Shown piece by piece: positions 8,761-11,248 of a DNA stretch of 11,248 nucleotides. This stretch comes from Selaginella moellendorffii (taxonomy: Eukaryota; Plantae; Lycopodiophyta). Every line of letters starts with the position of its first letter. Position 1 is the stretch's first letter. Made by a program: the position numbers and the translations under genes. The stretch lies in the NCBI RefSeq assembly GCF_000143415.4, contig NW_003314576.1:1-11248 (forward strand), written 5' to 3'. Below the pieces are notes generated by a model that made no database searches, was not told where the DNA came from, and worked only from the letters and a program-made list of their open reading frames with translations.

Positions 8761-9562
8761 GTATGGAAACTAGGGAGAAGAAACCGTATGTTCTGGGGGA
8801 CCTTGCAAAACGGCTTGAAGCGATGGTGATAGAGAACCGGCCAGTCCAGGAGGTGGCTGCAGAAATCAACCAAATGGCAGATGGAACGGTATATCAGAAG
8901 CCATTTGATCGGACAGACACCAGTCATCATTTATGGCATGTATATTGTCTAGCCAAGCACTATCCGATCTCCATAATCTGCTCAACCGGATGGGTTCTTC
9001 GACCACTGAACATGAGCGTGGACGTATTAGAGAAGAGATGGCATTACTATTGGGTTTAAATCCTGATAGTGTGGAGAGTGATGAAATTCCAAGATTATTG
9101 TATAGGCGTTGGAGGCAAAAAATAACAGTCTGAGATGGCATGTATTTATTTAAAAATGTAACTTATTATGGCATGGGGTTCCATGCCATTGTATTAATAT
9201 TAAAAGACAATTCTTTGAGAGGATTTGCATTATACTAGAAGTGTTACAGCATGTTATTGGAAGTCTACGAAGTTGTTTTATTAATAAGGGGAAAGTAAAG
9301 ATTGAATGGGGACTTGGGCTCCACCTAGACTCGGAGCAACTGAGCCAATATTAAAAGGATGGAAAGAAATTGGACGACAATGACAAGGAGAAGAGAGAGG
9401 TGAAGCAGTGAGAAGTGATTGAGTAGACATTTCCTTGTTTAAAATAAAATGGCATGTGCCTCAATGCAGTTGAATTTTGTTATATTTATATACTATATAA
9501 AGGTTTGGAAACCTTATTTTACAAGTGGGATAATGACAATTCCCACTTTAACGAAATAGAGC

Positions 9563-10795
9563 TTATTGAAGCTTTCCATCTCGCCCTTCTCTCATCCAGT
9601 TCTTTATTCTACAAAAAAAAAGAGTGTTATTAGTGATAAAGTAGAGTTAAGTGTTAATTTTATACCTGTTTAAATTTGTCATAGGTTCTATATTTCGAAG
9701 GAGGTCCTTCAAGCTATTCTCCGTGAACTCTTTTTGGCTATCAGATTGTAACAACATGTCCACCACATAGTCCTTTAGTATAGACTGTTGAACACACTTT
9801 GGAGTTGCTGCACTTTTCTTCCTAGCCTCTGTAGTAACAGCAGTCTTCAAATTGCGAAAAGAATCACGGCGGATTCCTTCCTCAATTGCGTGTTGGTGGT
9901 ATCCAATATGCACTGCTGCTCTGCCTAAACATCTATCCCGTGGAAGAAAATAATACATTTTCGCATCGCAACATGCTTAACACACAGGTGTTGCCCCGCA
10001 TTTGTGACATCTAAATCCTGTAGCAACTTCATCACGCCTAGGGGGATTGATTGCTGAGCCTTCAAAGAAACACATATTCTTGCCATGATCAGAAATGCAT
10101 TTCTCAGCAACACACTGAAGCTGTCCACCGCAATGGACTATGGATACAGATCCATCGAAATGAGAGAAGTGGGTCGTCTTTACTCTGCACCAATTATGTG
10201 GATCAAGACGTGTTTCCATACCCTTTTTCCTACTTGACGAACTTGCTGGTGGAAACTCGAAGAATATATTCCCATTATAGGAAGAAGGAAGCTCCTCACC
10301 TCTCATGTACTGGAACTCCTTCAATTCCAACCGTAATGATCGAGATTGCCGAAATGCCTTATCCACCACTTCAAAAACTGGTCCAGAAGGAACACACCTA
10401 CTTGTCTGGGAAGCTATGTCAGGAAGCTCATCTTCTTCATTTTCGTCACTGGAGAGAATAATAACTTCATCCTTCACTCTTTGCACAGTTGGCTGTGAAA
10501 CTGATACGCTCTCCTCTCCTCGCTTCGAAGATCTTGTAACTAGAATCTCTTGACCTGTACATCTATCAAGATCCCATTGAATCCCATTCTCTCCCACACC
10601 ACTATCGAGAAGAATGGATTTTTCTATCTGATTACCCTTATCACGACATACATTCTCCAAACTAACTGATCCTGGCTTCAACTTGAATCTTCTGCAGAGG
10701 AAGTTCTCTCCTATAACACTCCTAGAGAAAACAATTGGAGGCTCTTGATCGAACTTCAAATAGAATTCTCTCATATCTTCTCCTTGCTCGAGCAC
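9563..10795 (-). pseudogene. Disrupted gene with a GCM/WRKY-GCM1-type zinc finger; probably a Mutator-like transposase N-terminus or transposon DNA-binding protein
   Basis: Track ORFs 9977-10795 and 9647-9958 are in the same frame, separated by one TAA (9979-9977): DPHNWCRVKTT...HCGGQLQCVAEKC...CHKCGATPVC*ACCDAKMYY...AVHIGYHQH. The W..T, C-G-L-C-x4-C, CxxC, C and GxHxH pattern matches GCM. A predicted 57-nt GT-AG intron (9665-9609) extends it to NRIKNWMREGRDGKLQ* (TAA 9565-9563). First ATG at 10774. No DDE domain visible. Confidence 0.65.
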
Positions 10796-11226
10796 TTAGA
10801 AAAAAATTTGGGGAGAAACTGACAAGAAAGAACAAAGATATTCTTCTGTATTGTGAGCATTAATTAGCTATGTCCTTGCAAAGGACAAGTTAATTATTTT
10901 AACAAAATATACAATCGTTTAGAATCTAGAGAGATATGAGAATCTTAAAGAGCCGCCCATATTAATTGTATAATTGATTGTGAGAGGAATAATAATGTTG
11001 AAATGAATGTGGTTATGAGTGAGAAGCGCCAATCAATCACAAAAGTTGTAGCATTGATTTTTTGTTCTCCCTCTCATCTCCATGCTCTCTTCCCTTCAAG
11101 AGAGTTTCATTCTTTTGTGACGAGTGAGAGAGACTCAAGCTCGAAAAGGTTGATCGCGCGCAAAAAACCGCACACGACCAACCGGACTAGCTAGTAGCAC
11201 CTTTTTCCCCAAGGTTTTCTTTTTCT

Positions 11227-11248
11227 GGGGGGGGGGGGGGGGGGGGGG
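11227..11248 (+). repeat. Poly-G run (22 G) at the window end
   Basis: Homopolymer running to the last base; it may mark a contig break or be a sequencing artefact. Confidence 0.8.

Larger units (their letters stand above)
3523..9059 (+). pseudogene. 11-exon gene (~1,620 codons) with one premature TAG: ParB/Srx-like + possible degenerate DNA MTase fold + acidic/repeat linker + FCP1/NIF phosphatase-like domain
   Basis: Predicted exons: 3523-3525 (ATG), 3765-4943, 4998-6321, 6372-6443, 6482 (or 6500)-6571, 6621-6764, 6812-7363, 7421-7435, 7485-7592, 7640-8224, 8272-9059. All introns are GT-AG (239, 54, 50, 38 or 56, 49, 47, 57, 49, 47, 47 nt) and all junctions keep frame; total 4860 nt. The in-frame TAG at 5358-5360 (KDWIF*QVAVAR) separates track ORFs 3744-5360 and 5364-6338. 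Confidence 0.8.
659..9470. repeat. Dispersed 22-bp palindrome family, consensus ATGGCRTG-(W)GGCC(W)-CAYGCCAT, about 22 copies
   Basis: Copies start at 659, 729, 827, 1472 (mainly right half), 1508 (mainly right half), 1580, ~2250 (core only), 2430, 2509, 2668, 2803, 3551, 3628, 3688, 4965, 6449, 6590, 6781, 8017, 8092, 9168, 9449 (degenerate). Perfect palindromes: 730-749 TGGCATGAGGCCTCATGCCA and 8017-8038 ATGGCGTGTGATCACACGCCAT. None seen after 9470. Confidence 0.95.
1..11248. mobile_element. Probable interior of a large multi-gene DNA transposon, or nested elements; termini not identified
   Basis: Two transposon-associated domain types (Tnp1/En/Spm-like, GCM-like), a shared repeated palindrome across 8.8 kb, and nonsense mutations in two genes. 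No catalytic transposase domain, TIR or TSD can be shown within the window. Confidence 0.5.

Noticed and set aside
3744-9059. Operon-like series of independent genes as listed in the ORF track
   Set aside because: ORF boundaries coincide with GT-AG introns that join them in frame, and several listed starts are TTG/GTG codons or fall inside predicted introns.
4154-9141. Minus-strand ORFs antisense to the large gene
   Set aside because: These are shadow ORFs of a coding strand, with no motifs.
11227-11248. Poly-G as a transposon terminus or G-quadruplex element
   Set aside because: It runs into the window edge, has no matching poly-C end in the window, and terminal G-runs are a common sequencing or assembly artefact.

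Overview
Eukaryotic DNA, most likely nuclear DNA of a land plant with very short ~50-nt introns (a Selaginella-type lycophyte is a guess). The window looks like the interior of a large multi-gene DNA transposon or a cluster of them. (1) A minus-strand ORF missing from the ORF track (576 to the window edge) has two tandem Tnp1/En/Spm-like (Transposase_23-type) domains. (2) A repeat-rich divergent intergenic region follows. (3) The scattered plus-strand ORFs join into one 11-exon gene (3523-9059, ~1,620 codons) with one in-frame TAG. It encodes a ParB/Srx-like domain, a possible degenerate N4/N6 DNA-methyltransferase fold, an acidic/repetitive linker and a C-terminal FCP1/NIF HAD-phosphatase-like domain. 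(4) A convergent, broken gene carries a GCM/WRKY-type zinc finger. The most striking signal is a 22-bp palindrome, ATGGCRTG-N6-CAYGCCAT, present about 22 times between 659 and 9470: in both gene leaders, in intergenic modules, at the branch-point position of four introns, inside coding sequence and after the stop codon. A ParB-like protein surrounded by parS-like palindromes in a plant mobile element is the candidate novel system. All domain calls are by-eye motif recognition and need HMM or structure confirmation.
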